32,000 nt of DNA from Candidatus Saccharimonadota bacterium (GCA_963718045.1 OY970350.1:690001-722000); one strand, 5' to 3'; numbered from the stretch's first letter, positions 1 to 8,885 are shown. Program-made: numbers and translations. The notes: generated from the letters alone by a model not told the origin.

Positions 1-905
1 GGGAAATTAGCGGTATCATAACCCAGCTGAGATTGCCAAAGTTGCAATTGAGCCTCGGCTATGCACACTAGTTCTTGCCTAAGGCTGGCATTGGGAACCG
101 TGCTATCCGTTAGGTCGCCTGATGATGCGGAAGAGCTACAATTGGCAAGGCTAACACTGCCGCAATCATTGTCAGTACCGCTACCACTTGTAGTGCCACT
201 GTTATTAGATGACCCGCCATATAACGTTAAAGCCTTATTAGCGTAATTGAGTCTTGTGGAATAGTCAGTGTTAGTTTCGTAATACTGCAGGGTTGCACCT
301 GGCCATACAGGACCTTCCTCGAAATCCTCTAGAACTACTAATACTCCTGCTGCTGTGGTGTTCGTTTGTTTAAGAGCTTGAATAGTAGGAGGAGAATTCG
401 GTTGAAGGTTAATACTATTTAACTCATCCCAGACTATAGTTAATTGGGTTGCCAGCTCATATATTGGAGTTGTAACTCCATACTGTTGAGCTTCTTCTAA
501 CACTTTATCCCCGGGAGTCCATTGGGCAATACCCCAACCTTGAGTATCTAAAGTTAAGGAGGACGGGTCATTGGTATTGCCACCGCTCTGAATTATTGTC
601 GGATCCATGGTAGATTCGGTCATTAGGTTGCCGACGACCGATGCAGCCTGAGTATCGCTTAGCCCTTTGGATACAAAAAAATTAAAAGCCTCTTGTTCAT
701 TGTCAGTGCCACTTAGAGTGACTACACTGCCTGTGCCTTGGGAACTGCATTCATCATTAGTGTTGAAATATAGTGCCCCTTCACTGAGCGCTTGTATCTG
801 GGCTGGACTAAGTTGAGCGTAGGCAACGCCGCCAAATAGCTGGGTTAATAGCACTACAAGTGAGAATAGACATGCAGTTAAATTTAGTTTCTTAGTTATT
901 TTCAT
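1..905 (-). CDS. Secreted lysozyme/lytic-transglycosylase-like peptidoglycan hydrolase (phage-tail-lysozyme type), 5' part only; continues past the left edge
   Basis: Hand translation from ATG (905-903) stays open to position 1. It is absent from the ORF track because there is no stop in the window. Signal peptide MKITKKLNLTACLFSLVVLLTQLFGGVAYA. Motifs VVGNLMTEST and GWGIAQWT match the catalytic Glu-Ser and QW signatures of SLT/phage-tail-lysozyme folds. The last residues (ELVCIAEAQLQLWQSQLGYD) resemble the start of a CHAP/NlpC-type domain (weak). Confidence 0.6.
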   Translation of the reverse strand, partial: MKITKKLNLTACLFSLVVLLTQLFGGVAYAQLSPAQIQALSEGALYFNTNDECSSQGTGSVVTLSGTDNEQEAFNFFVSKGLSDTQAASVVGNLMTESTMDPTIIQSGGNTNDPSSLTLDTQGWGIAQWTPGDKVLEEAQQYGVTTPIYELATQLTIVWDELNSINLQPNSPPTIQALKQTNTTAAGVLVVLEDFEEGPVWPGATLQYYETNTDYSTRLNYANKALTLYGGSSNNSGTTSGSGTDNDCGSVSLANCSSSASSGDLTDSTVPNASLRQELVCIAEAQLQLWQSQLGYDTANF

Positions 906-906
906 T

Positions 907-3312
907 TTAAAAGCCCATATCGGTACAAGCCTGATCATCACCCGCATAACAACCCATGCTACTCATGGTTTCCGTGTCTAAAATGAAAAAGCGCATTCTG
1001 AGCCAATTACAAGCATCACTTGTATTATCTGTGCAGTCGGCTGGGGCTGGTTCGTTACAGTTTAAGCCACTGTAGGTAGTGCTATAAGGATTTAATGTCT
1101 GAGCCTGAGGGTCGGCCTCGACATCCCACAATCCATTAACTTGAACTATATCAACCCCAAAACAACTGGTAGCTCTGGAGATGTACGGACTATCTGGGTA
1201 GAGTATATTGTTCTGGGGATTAGAAACATATTCTGCATTCTCAAATGGGTTTTGTTCAATTGGGTTATCGAGGTCTTGGTCGTCAAAGCCATATGTGGGG
1301 AATGGATAGTTATATCCGGTGGTAGTTGCAGTCTGAGATTGAGCGCTGACCGATGAAAATAGGAGTTGAGGTATCTTGAAAATTGCTCCGATAATATCCG
1401 GAAAATGTCCTAACACTGCCTCAATATTGGCCGAGATTGTTGGTTTAGCCTGCCCTATGATATTAGATATTAAAGATTTAGGAGTATCTATTGAAAACAG
1501 TTTATACTCTAAGCTCTGTTTCTCAAATTCTTGATTAGCGGCTAAATTATTTTGGGTTTGAAGCTGACTAGACTGACCGGGGGTTAAGGCTGTCCCACCA
1601 GACACAACTGCTTGTTGGTTAGCAGCAAGGGCTGATCCAAAATCTATATCGTTACCAAAGTCGGCTCCGACTGCGGCAACATCAACCGCTTTTCCGGCTA
1701 ACCAATGAGCGGCTGTACCGGATATTTCATGGATAACAGTGGCGGTGGCTATACCTTTTACAAGAGTTTGGACTAATGCTCCTATGCCCGTCCAGTCAAC
1801 TGCAAAGCTAAGTACACCACCGATAATCTGACCTGCAGTGCTGCATACTGTGCCGATACCAGGAATATTATTCACAAATGAAAATGGTGAACCTTGATCT
1901 ATGCTTGTAAGTGTTGAATCAGGAGGTTCGCCTACATTCTTGTTGCCCATATTAGCTTGGATACTTTGACTATCAGACCAGTCTGTTAGTTGACCTTGCT
2001 CATCTGTTCCATATAGTTGTTTAGCGAAAGCTGACAGTTCATAAGTATTAACATCTTGCCCATCTTCTATTTGACTGCCAATACTTATTGCTTGTACACC
2101 CATCCGTACAAGAGGTAATTCCACCTCAGTTAGTTTTATTGAATCAGCCTGTTCGTCAATACCTTTTAGAATACATAAAACAGCTATTGCAGAAGTACCT
2201 CCCAACAGCAAATTTTTCTGTAAACCGCCACTGAGTAAGGACAGAGCAGAATCGTTCGTATTGGCAGCTTCAGCTTCTGTAGCTACACTACCTAAAGTGC
2301 TATTTATTGCATCGACACTGGTTTGATCCACAGATTGATTAGAATCCGAGCTGGAGGGATTTCCTCCTGTGTTTTCAGGGGTTATTGACGTAACGCCTGT
2401 TTCTTCGGTAGACTCGTCATTATCTTGAACTTTAGTAGCTTCTTCAAGTGTACGTACGGCATTTTCGCCTATCAAATTAGACAACGGATGCCAATCACAG
2501 CCGTCTCTTATGCACATAAACCTAGCTCCAATAGCAGCGCTAATTTTACCCAAACCGGTTTGACGAAGCATATTGTAATTAAGAAGATAGGTTTCTCTAA
2601 AGTGTAAACTAGCTGCTTCAATCACCCAGTCGCCTAGTATATCTGATGAGGCACCTTTAATGGTTTCACTACTAGCTATTACGACATTGTCTGGGTTGAC
2701 TCCATATTGATCAGCAATGGCAGTTTTGAGATTATCTCCGGATAGACCTTGCAGCGATGCTTGATCTGTGTCGACAACATAGCCATCGAAATAACCAAAT
2801 TTATCTGTATAAGCTGATGTTAGGCCGCTGGCATTCAATTTGCCTTCATAGTAATCGGCAAATTTATTACCTAGAAATCCCATTCTAGTCCTCTCAATAG
2901 CCCCGTTTGGGACATCTTTTGCAAAACGCATCATTTTAACAAAATCGCCGTCTTGTAAAGTCTGTTGATTACTAAAATGGAATTGCTGCATTAACTGGGA
3001 TATATGTATAAATTCAAATCCTGTACCGCCAAAAAAGGTTAGTCCGAAAATACTTCCCCCGAGTAATATGCCTGCTAATCCCCCGCCTAAAGTAACCTGC
3101 TTCTTTCGGCGGCTTCCCCAGAACAGTTTTTTAACATAGCCAGATCCAGTCTGGTCTTTGTTTGGATTATAAAGATTTTCGTCATGGTTTGACGACTCAC
3201 CACCAGACTCTTCCCTGCCAAGTTCGTTTGGTGTTAATGACTTTTTTTCAGTGTTATTTTCTTTGCCCGGATTAAAGCCATATCTTTTATTTTCTTCGTC
3301 GTTTTCGCCCAT
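907..3312 (-). CDS. 801-aa membrane-anchored protein of unknown function: acidic N-terminal tail, TM helix near aa 74-96, large ectodomain, Cys-rich C-terminus
   Basis: Long uninterrupted ORF. TM segment VTLGGGLAGILLGGSIFGLTFFGG. Its stop (907-909) is 1 nt from the ATG of the downstream hydrolase gene (905). No recognisable catalytic motif. Confidence 0.7.
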   Translation of the reverse strand: MGENDEENKRYGFNPGKENNTEKKSLTPNELGREESGGESSNHDENLYNPNKDQTGSGYVKKLFWGSRRKKQVTLGGGLAGILLGGSIFGLTFFGGTGFEFIHISQLMQQFHFSNQQTLQDGDFVKMMRFAKDVPNGAIERTRMGFLGNKFADYYEGKLNASGLTSAYTDKFGYFDGYVVDTDQASLQGLSGDNLKTAIADQYGVNPDNVVIASSETIKGASSDILGDWVIEAASLHFRETYLLNYNMLRQTGLGKISAAIGARFMCIRDGCDWHPLSNLIGENAVRTLEEATKVQDNDESTEETGVTSITPENTGGNPSSSDSNQSVDQTSVDAINSTLGSVATEAEAANTNDSALSLLSGGLQKNLLLGGTSAIAVLCILKGIDEQADSIKLTEVELPLVRMGVQAISIGSQIEDGQDVNTYELSAFAKQLYGTDEQGQLTDWSDSQSIQANMGNKNVGEPPDSTLTSIDQGSPFSFVNNIPGIGTVCSTAGQIIGGVLSFAVDWTGIGALVQTLVKGIATATVIHEISGTAAHWLAGKAVDVAAVGADFGNDIDFGSALAANQQAVVSGGTALTPGQSSQLQTQNNLAANQEFEKQSLEYKLFSIDTPKSLISNIIGQAKPTISANIEAVLGHFPDIIGAIFKIPQLLFSSVSAQSQTATTTGYNYPFPTYGFDDQDLDNPIEQNPFENAEYVSNPQNNILYPDSPYISRATSCFGVDIVQVNGLWDVEADPQAQTLNPYSTTYSGLNCNEPAPADCTDNTSDACNWLRMRFFILDTETMSSMGCYAGDDQACTDMGF

Positions 3313-3525
3313 TTTCTATAGATTATATTATACCTGTTGTCTGTTTATTAACATAACCGATATATTACTGTTACAGGCAAAGAATTTAGAAGCAAACTCA
3401 GTAACTGGAAAGATCGCTATATCTAACGGCACTGAATAATCAATAGGTCCTGATGTTGTACGTAAGAGGTTGCTAAAACAATTTTAATCACATCAAGATG
3501 CTATGATGCATTAATTTTAAATAGA

Positions 3526-4338
3526 CTATTTCTTTACTCTCGGCGGAGTACTTGTACTTCTTAAATCCTTAACATTAATCTCTACCAAAGGTTCACTGCG
3601 TGGTGTTGAATTACCACTTATTCTGTTGGCTCGTCTAAGTCTCCAGCGGACTATTTTTCCTCTTAGATCTCGGGCGTTGGCAATATTCTCAAATTTATGC
3701 TCCCTTCTGGTAGCTGCTTTCTCATGGCCATCTAGATCGCCTGAGACTTTTCTCATATTTTTTCTCTCTTCACCAGATTTGCGTGCTCCAGTTTCCAACA
3801 AGTCTTTTCCCCAAGCTACACTTGTTGATTCATGGGTATATGATTTCTCTAAATGCTCAGCATTATTTCTTGAAGATCTTATCCTATCTTTAGTTCTTTC
3901 AAGGCGTCTGTTGGCAGCTATTTCTGACCGTGTACTTGGTCTATACCAGTTTGGGCCAGGATGATCACGGGTATCAGTAGGATCTGTCATTTTATTAGTT
4001 CCAATCCATGAAATTTTCTCGCCCTCATAACCTGTTATACGTGGTTGTAATAGTCGTAAAGCTATAAAGCTAGCTACATCCAGTCGTCTTTCTAGCATTT
4101 GAGCGCGCTTTTCGGCTCTTTCAGTATGATTCGCTGGGTTAAGAGTAAGAGCTTTTAACACAGCCGTTGTACCCAAATGTATTTGGGCAAGACGTCCGGG
4201 AAATTCCTCTTTGGGGTAGAAAGGTTCCGGCTCAACAAGAACAGGAGGAGGAGTCCCCGCCATAGTGTCAAAGAGTTTCTTTAGCTGTGTTTCAACAGGA
4301 TTTTCTGGTAGTTCAGGGTTATTAGGGTTATATCGCAT
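3526..4338 (-). CDS. 270-aa highly basic soluble protein, no TM segment, unknown function
   Basis: ORF with its own TTGCAT-17-TATACT promoter ending 6 nt before the ATG. Arg/Lys-rich C-terminal half (RGKIVRWRLRRANRISGNSTPRSE...PPRVKK). No family recognised. Confidence 0.6.
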   Translation of the reverse strand: MRYNPNNPELPENPVETQLKKLFDTMAGTPPPVLVEPEPFYPKEEFPGRLAQIHLGTTAVLKALTLNPANHTERAEKRAQMLERRLDVASFIALRLLQPRITGYEGEKISWIGTNKMTDPTDTRDHPGPNWYRPSTRSEIAANRRLERTKDRIRSSRNNAEHLEKSYTHESTSVAWGKDLLETGARKSGEERKNMRKVSGDLDGHEKAATRREHKFENIANARDLRGKIVRWRLRRANRISGNSTPRSEPLVEINVKDLRSTSTPPRVKK

Positions 4339-4344
4339 GTTGAT

Positions 4345-4373
4345 AGTATAACATAAGCTTATTAATAATGCAA
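4345..4373 (-). promoter_or_regulatory. Sigma70-type promoter of the 270-aa gene (leaderless geometry)
   Basis: On the minus strand: TTGCAT (4373-4368), 17-nt spacer, TATACT (4350-4345), then 6 nt (atcaac) and ATG at 4338. No Shine-Dalgarno sequence. Confidence 0.6.
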
Positions 4374-4558
4374 CTTATATTAAGTCGTCTATCGGGTCCA
4401 TAAAAGTAAGGATCTTACAATAATTCCACATCTACTATTAGCTACTCTTTGCATCAGTGCATCATTCTTGATCAGAATCTACAACTTTGAAGTTAATAAG
4501 ATGTAATCTGTTTAACTCTATGTCTGCATTCAATCTATTGAGAGCATCTGCTAGATAA

Positions 4559-7558
4559 TTAAATTGGACCTTGTGGACCAAATTGCTGACCTGGTGCAGG
4601 GGGTTGAGGACCTAATGGAGGTTGAGGACCTCCTAATGGACCTAATGGAGGTTGCTGGCCCTGCTGATATCCAGCTTGCCATTCTCGACGCATTTGCTGG
4701 AACTCTGGGTCAGGTCGATAATGCTCCATGATTTGTGTCAAAGTTTCAGTAATAGGCACTTGGGTATTTACAGCTAACCCCTGTGCATTCTGTACTGTCC
4801 TCAATTCGTATCTTGTTGCCGGCCTTGACATTAGTCCATCAGCCAAGTCAACAGCATTTTCCGGTGCTAATTGAGAAGCAACATCTAAGGTGTTGGCAAT
4901 AGCCGCCAAAGCTTGTTTCTGTTGCCTTTGTGCATATAGTAATTTAGTTTGACCCACTCTACCACCAGCATCGGCTACAGTCGGATTATTTACAGCATCT
5001 GCAACTGCATTTTGTGCTGCCAGAACTCTACGCTGCATGGCTGGTATCATATTATTGACAGCATTATTACGAGAACTACCGACCTCACCAGCACTTTTAG
5101 TCATTAGGCCCTCGTCAGTCATTACTATATTGACTTGAGCAGCATTAGTATGGCCATTATACAACTGCGTCATTTGATCTGCTGAAGTAGCAAAGCCTGA
5201 TCCATATAGATCGACTCTTCTGGCCCGTTCTGCTTGAGATCTAGCACCCGCCATTAGTCGTGCTGCTCTTGCACGATCAGCCCCGGCGACTCTATTTATA
5301 GCTTCGAGCATTTCACCTGGACCACCACCATAACCAGTACCAGTACCAGCATTAGCTACTACTGCAGCATCATTATATGCATCACGACCCATTTCCCTCC
5401 TGGCCTGGGTTATAGCAGCAACATTTTGATCCAATTCTCTTCCTGTCTGGCCTAGATTGCTAAGATAAGCTCTGGCATCCGCTTCAGTTCCATTGCCATG
5501 AAGCGAAGCATTAAGCATATCATCATTACTTAATACAGCTACGGCCGCCTGACTTTCTCCTGCCCTGGCAGCATTTGCTGAAGTTGTGGCAGATTTGACA
5601 GCTTCAAACCGACCTCGCATTCGCCGAGGATTTAAGCCTGCCCTAGGTGCTAGCATAGCACCCTGCACAATAGTGCTTGCTCTTCGGGCAAAACGGTTTT
5701 CTCCGCGGTAGAGATTGTTTGTACGTGCTCTTTCCATTCTAGTATTACGGTTTGCCTGCCTTGCATTATTAATGGGTTGTCTTACTCTGTCCCTAAGATT
5801 CGATACGCCTGAGTATACACCACCTATAGCGCCACCGGATAGTTTAAAGGCAAATGGAATGACAAATAATGGAGCGACAGCTGCCATGATGCCCATCAGC
5901 TGAGCCAGAATCGTTGGTGTAATGTTAAAGCTATTAACCACAACATAAGCTATATTGGACATAGCAATTAATGCCATGACAATTGGATAAACTGCTAGAG
6001 TCTTAATCAATAAGTCCCACCATTGTCTAAAGTACCGTTCGGTGTTTGGCAGACAGTAAAGAGCAAAGGCAATCGGAGATATTAACAGCAACAGTACCAG
6101 AAGGGCCTGCCTAAACATAATGGTAATAACGACACCAAGAGCAGCCAGTAGAAATGAACCCACTACAAAAAGGAGAACACCAATTATTCCTTCACCCACG
6201 GCACCAACTAATACAAGACCACCAATCCCGACTGAAGCTATTAAACCCACCCCTCCAGATATTGTAACGTGAGCTAATCCCAAGAATGGAGCGTCTATAA
6301 GGGATAGAAGGCCCTTACCAAATATATTAAATACATCCTCAAGACCAGCTACTATATAGATAGACAAGTTAATTAAAATTGCTGCTGCAAGAATTTTAGG
6401 TAGCAGCTTCTTGACACTATAGGCTTCGATCTGACCGCCCCCAATGGTTTCTGCAAATACTGCCGCAAGTATCGCTATAACCAGAACGATATCGCCAAAT
6501 ATTCTAAAACTGGACCAAACTTTATATATCGTACTGCTCAGTTGGTCTTGATTACATTGCTGAGAAGATTCACTTGCACTGCATGTGCTGGAGGCATTGA
6601 AGTTTATAGTTTGAGTAGTAAGTAATGGTACAACAACGTTATTTATTAAATCTCCCTCAACATCTCTTGTAAAATCTATCGCAGAACATATAAACCAAGA
6701 AAATGGGCCCCCAGAATCATCGCATTCGGTGTCAAAACCACCAGCTGCTGAAGTGCCGGTCTGGATACCACCCGTTGCAACTATATTACTGACTGGTGTC
6801 CCGGTTAGATTAACCATCAGCGGATCTGAACCTGTAAATTGGCTACTGGTCAGTGTGGTGCAGTTGGGTTGTGGAGTTAAATCAGAGGTACATATCTTAT
6901 AGCTTCCTGGTGTTATATTAGCGAATCCATTAGATGAGGTCTCTATCTGCCCAGTGTTAGCAGCACCGGCGTCCGTATCAGTGTTAGTTTGAACAGTGCT
7001 TAATACCTTACCGCTTGAGTCTTCTAAATTTACACTTGCTGGCCCAACAGTGATAGATCCACCAGTACCACCCCCTGGTATCGAGACAAGGTTTAATATT
7101 GCTTGAATATCATGGCTGGTCGGCGTGACTCCTTTATTACAAGATGGGTAGCTAGTAGGACCAGAAGAGTAGTTACTGAGATATGCATTTGCAGCATCTT
7201 GATAGCTACCGCCAATGGATACTTTGACACTACTAGACCCTTGCTCTAAATATTCGCCAGTGCTAGGGCTACATGCATTAATTGTAAGTGTTATAGGAGT
7301 ACTTACTGTGTTGCTCCAAACGCCCGTACTACCTTCAGTACTCGTAAGGTTAAGCGTGGCGGCATACCCATCGGCGGCAAAATTATTATAAATTGCACCC
7401 GGAGTACTTGTACCGCCGCATCCACCAGAGCTACAGTATGTAAAGGTACCTTCATTAGTTGCGGCACTTACTTTATTATTAGATAAATAGAAGAAAACAA
7501 ATAAAGGTACGAATAGGGCTAAAATTCCACTTAATAAGATCGTTTTTGTTCGACACAT
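4559..7558 (-). CDS. 999-aa VirB6/TrbL-like polytopic membrane protein with N-terminal Cys-containing ectodomain and long cytoplasmic C-terminal domain ending in a P/Q/G-rich tail
   Basis: N-terminal signal/anchor, then a roughly 300-aa Ser/Thr/Gly/Cys-rich ectodomain. That ectodomain contains a beta-sandwich-like stretch (VNLEDSSGKVLSTVQTNTD...ITPGSYKI). A block of about 6-8 hydrophobic helices spans aa 350-585, including SPIAFALYCLPNTERYFRQWWDLL, which is typical of TrbL/VirB6 topology. The roughly 400-aa Ala/Arg/Asn/Gln-rich tail ends QQPPLGPLGGPQPPLGPQPPAPGQQFGPQGPI. Confidence 0.6.
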   Translation of the reverse strand: MCRTKTILLSGILALFVPLFVFFYLSNNKVSAATNEGTFTYCSSGGCGGTSTPGAIYNNFAADGYAATLNLTSTEGSTGVWSNTVSTPITLTINACSPSTGEYLEQGSSSVKVSIGGSYQDAANAYLSNYSSGPTSYPSCNKGVTPTSHDIQAILNLVSIPGGGTGGSITVGPASVNLEDSSGKVLSTVQTNTDTDAGAANTGQIETSSNGFANITPGSYKICTSDLTPQPNCTTLTSSQFTGSDPLMVNLTGTPVSNIVATGGIQTGTSAAGGFDTECDDSGGPFSWFICSAIDFTRDVEGDLINNVVVPLLTTQTINFNASSTCSASESSQQCNQDQLSSTIYKVWSSFRIFGDIVLVIAILAAVFAETIGGGQIEAYSVKKLLPKILAAAILINLSIYIVAGLEDVFNIFGKGLLSLIDAPFLGLAHVTISGGVGLIASVGIGGLVLVGAVGEGIIGVLLFVVGSFLLAALGVVITIMFRQALLVLLLLISPIAFALYCLPNTERYFRQWWDLLIKTLAVYPIVMALIAMSNIAYVVVNSFNITPTILAQLMGIMAAVAPLFVIPFAFKLSGGAIGGVYSGVSNLRDRVRQPINNARQANRNTRMERARTNNLYRGENRFARRASTIVQGAMLAPRAGLNPRRMRGRFEAVKSATTSANAARAGESQAAVAVLSNDDMLNASLHGNGTEADARAYLSNLGQTGRELDQNVAAITQARREMGRDAYNDAAVVANAGTGTGYGGGPGEMLEAINRVAGADRARAARLMAGARSQAERARRVDLYGSGFATSADQMTQLYNGHTNAAQVNIVMTDEGLMTKSAGEVGSSRNNAVNNMIPAMQRRVLAAQNAVADAVNNPTVADAGGRVGQTKLLYAQRQQKQALAAIANTLDVASQLAPENAVDLADGLMSRPATRYELRTVQNAQGLAVNTQVPITETLTQIMEHYRPDPEFQQMRREWQAGYQQGQQPPLGPLGGPQPPLGPQPPAPGQQFGPQGPI
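4603..4654 (-). repeat. Imperfect ~18-nt tandem repeats inside the 3' end of the 999-aa gene, encoding the PPLGP-type tail
   Basis: Plus-strand units gttgaggacctaatggag / gttgaggacctcctaatg / gacctaatggaggttg read directly from the sequence. Confidence 0.6.
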
Positions 7559-7659
7559 TATTACCTTTGTTATACCACAAAACTACTGTAAACATAAGCT
7601 TTTACAGCTATTTTTGATTGGTTGTATTCTGTATAATTATATAACCTAGGATTAAGATT

Positions 7660-8877
7660 ATGAATTCAGATGACCCTGACGACACTCCGCTAGACCAACA
7701 ACTTGCTGATGTTAAAGATCCGGTCAAGTATTCTGGCATGTCTGGCAATGAAATGTATTGTGCTAACCTTCTCGGATATAAGGTTGGTGATCTGTTAGTC
7801 GGCAATAGTGTTTTTGCCATGGGTTTTATAGGCTCAATGAGATCGGGTGTCAGGTCATTTGTTGGCGGTGAGATTACGACTATCACTCATATGATCGCTG
7901 AAGGCAGAAGGTTGTCGCTTGAGCGTTTTAATAAAGAACTGATTGATGCTAACGGCGTTGGTGCTAGTGGCGTGACATCGGAAGTTGTTTTTCACGGCGG
8001 TAATATTGAATTTCTGTCAGTCGGTTCAGCCATGTGTCACATCCAGGATAAACCTGGCAACTTTACTACTTCTGCCGACGTCCAGGAACTGTTTTGCCAA
8101 TGGGACGCCGGTTATATGCCGGTTAGTTTTGTATTTGGTAATGTAGCCTACTCAATTGGTTTTGGACGGAACTTATTCGGATCAGTTAGACAAATGGCGA
8201 GAGGTGAAGTTAAACAGTTTAGCAATGTTTTTAATACTACTAGAAACTTAGCACTCCAGCGTATTATTGATGAGGCAAAGACTAATAGCGCAAATAGTGT
8301 AGTTGGTATAGAGACTAGCATCATACCTTTTGGCAGTGGAGTTCAAGAAATGATGATGTTAGGTACCGCTTCGGTTAATGAATCTATTGGTCCACTTGCA
8401 AGTGCTGTTGGCGGAGTGACTACTTCCGACTTAACCGCCCAGGAAACATGGAATGTAGCCAAGCTTGGTTATGCGCCGATGAAGTTATTAATTGGTACCT
8501 CTGTCTATTCTTTAGGTATAGCTGGCGGAATTAAGGCTACTCTTAAAAACCTTGTAAAAGGTGAGATTGGTGTTTTAACGAACCTAATATATGGAGCCCG
8601 CGAACAATCTTTAAATAAGATTCATAGCCAAGCTGAAGAGATAGGAGCTGATGATGTCTTAGGTATCAAAACTTACATATATAACCTGGGAAATGGATTA
8701 ATTGAATTCCTGGCTATTGGTACAGCTGTTAAAAAAGTGAATGGTATTGCTACCCGTTCAGACCAATTGCCGCCACAGGCAATTATCCAGGATAAAGACA
8801 CCTTTTATGACACGGCTAATGTGCCATATGGGACTAATCTTGAAGTCAGCAACTTACAGCCCGGTAAATTTAAATAG
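7660..8877 (+). CDS. Protein with three tandem YbjQ/UPF0145 (DUF74, so-called heavy-metal-binding) domains
   Basis: Three ~100-aa segments each carry the YbjQ pattern: GY-x-hydrophobic-G, then (V/A/V)(G/R/K)GE(I/V), then a helix, then GA..V.G(V/I), then a terminal G(S/T)A. Examples: VGGEITTITHMIAEGRRLSLERF...GASGVTSEV...SVGSAM; ARGEVKQFSNVFNTTRNLALQRI...SANSVVGIET...MLGTAS; VKGEIGVLTNLIYGAREQSLNKI...GADDVLGIKT...AIGTAVKK. Confidence 0.75.
   Translation: MNSDDPDDTPLDQQLADVKDPVKYSGMSGNEMYCANLLGYKVGDLLVGNSVFAMGFIGSMRSGVRSFVGGEITTITHMIAEGRRLSLERFNKELIDANGVGASGVTSEVVFHGGNIEFLSVGSAMCHIQDKPGNFTTSADVQELFCQWDAGYMPVSFVFGNVAYSIGFGRNLFGSVRQMARGEVKQFSNVFNTTRNLALQRIIDEAKTNSANSVVGIETSIIPFGSGVQEMMMLGTASVNESIGPLASAVGGVTTSDLTAQETWNVAKLGYAPMKLLIGTSVYSLGIAGGIKATLKNLVKGEIGVLTNLIYGAREQSLNKIHSQAEEIGADDVLGIKTYIYNLGNGLIEFLAIGTAVKKVNGIATRSDQLPPQAIIQDKDTFYDTANVPYGTNLEVSNLQPGKFK
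7738..8733 (+). repeat. Protein-level triplication of the YbjQ-like domain (units about 7738-8037, 8074-8373, 8431-8733)
   Basis: Hand alignment of the three units. Each is preceded by a short helix ending in GY (CANLLGY / CQWDAGY / NVAKLGY). Confidence 0.7.
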
Positions 8878-8885
8878 GCTAGTTC

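Noticed and set aside
61-246. 61-aa plus-strand ORF at the left edge
   Set aside because: It lies entirely antisense to the well-supported lysozyme-like ORF, which stays open from 905 to 1 on the minus strand. It has a low-complexity Leu/Pro composition and no start context.
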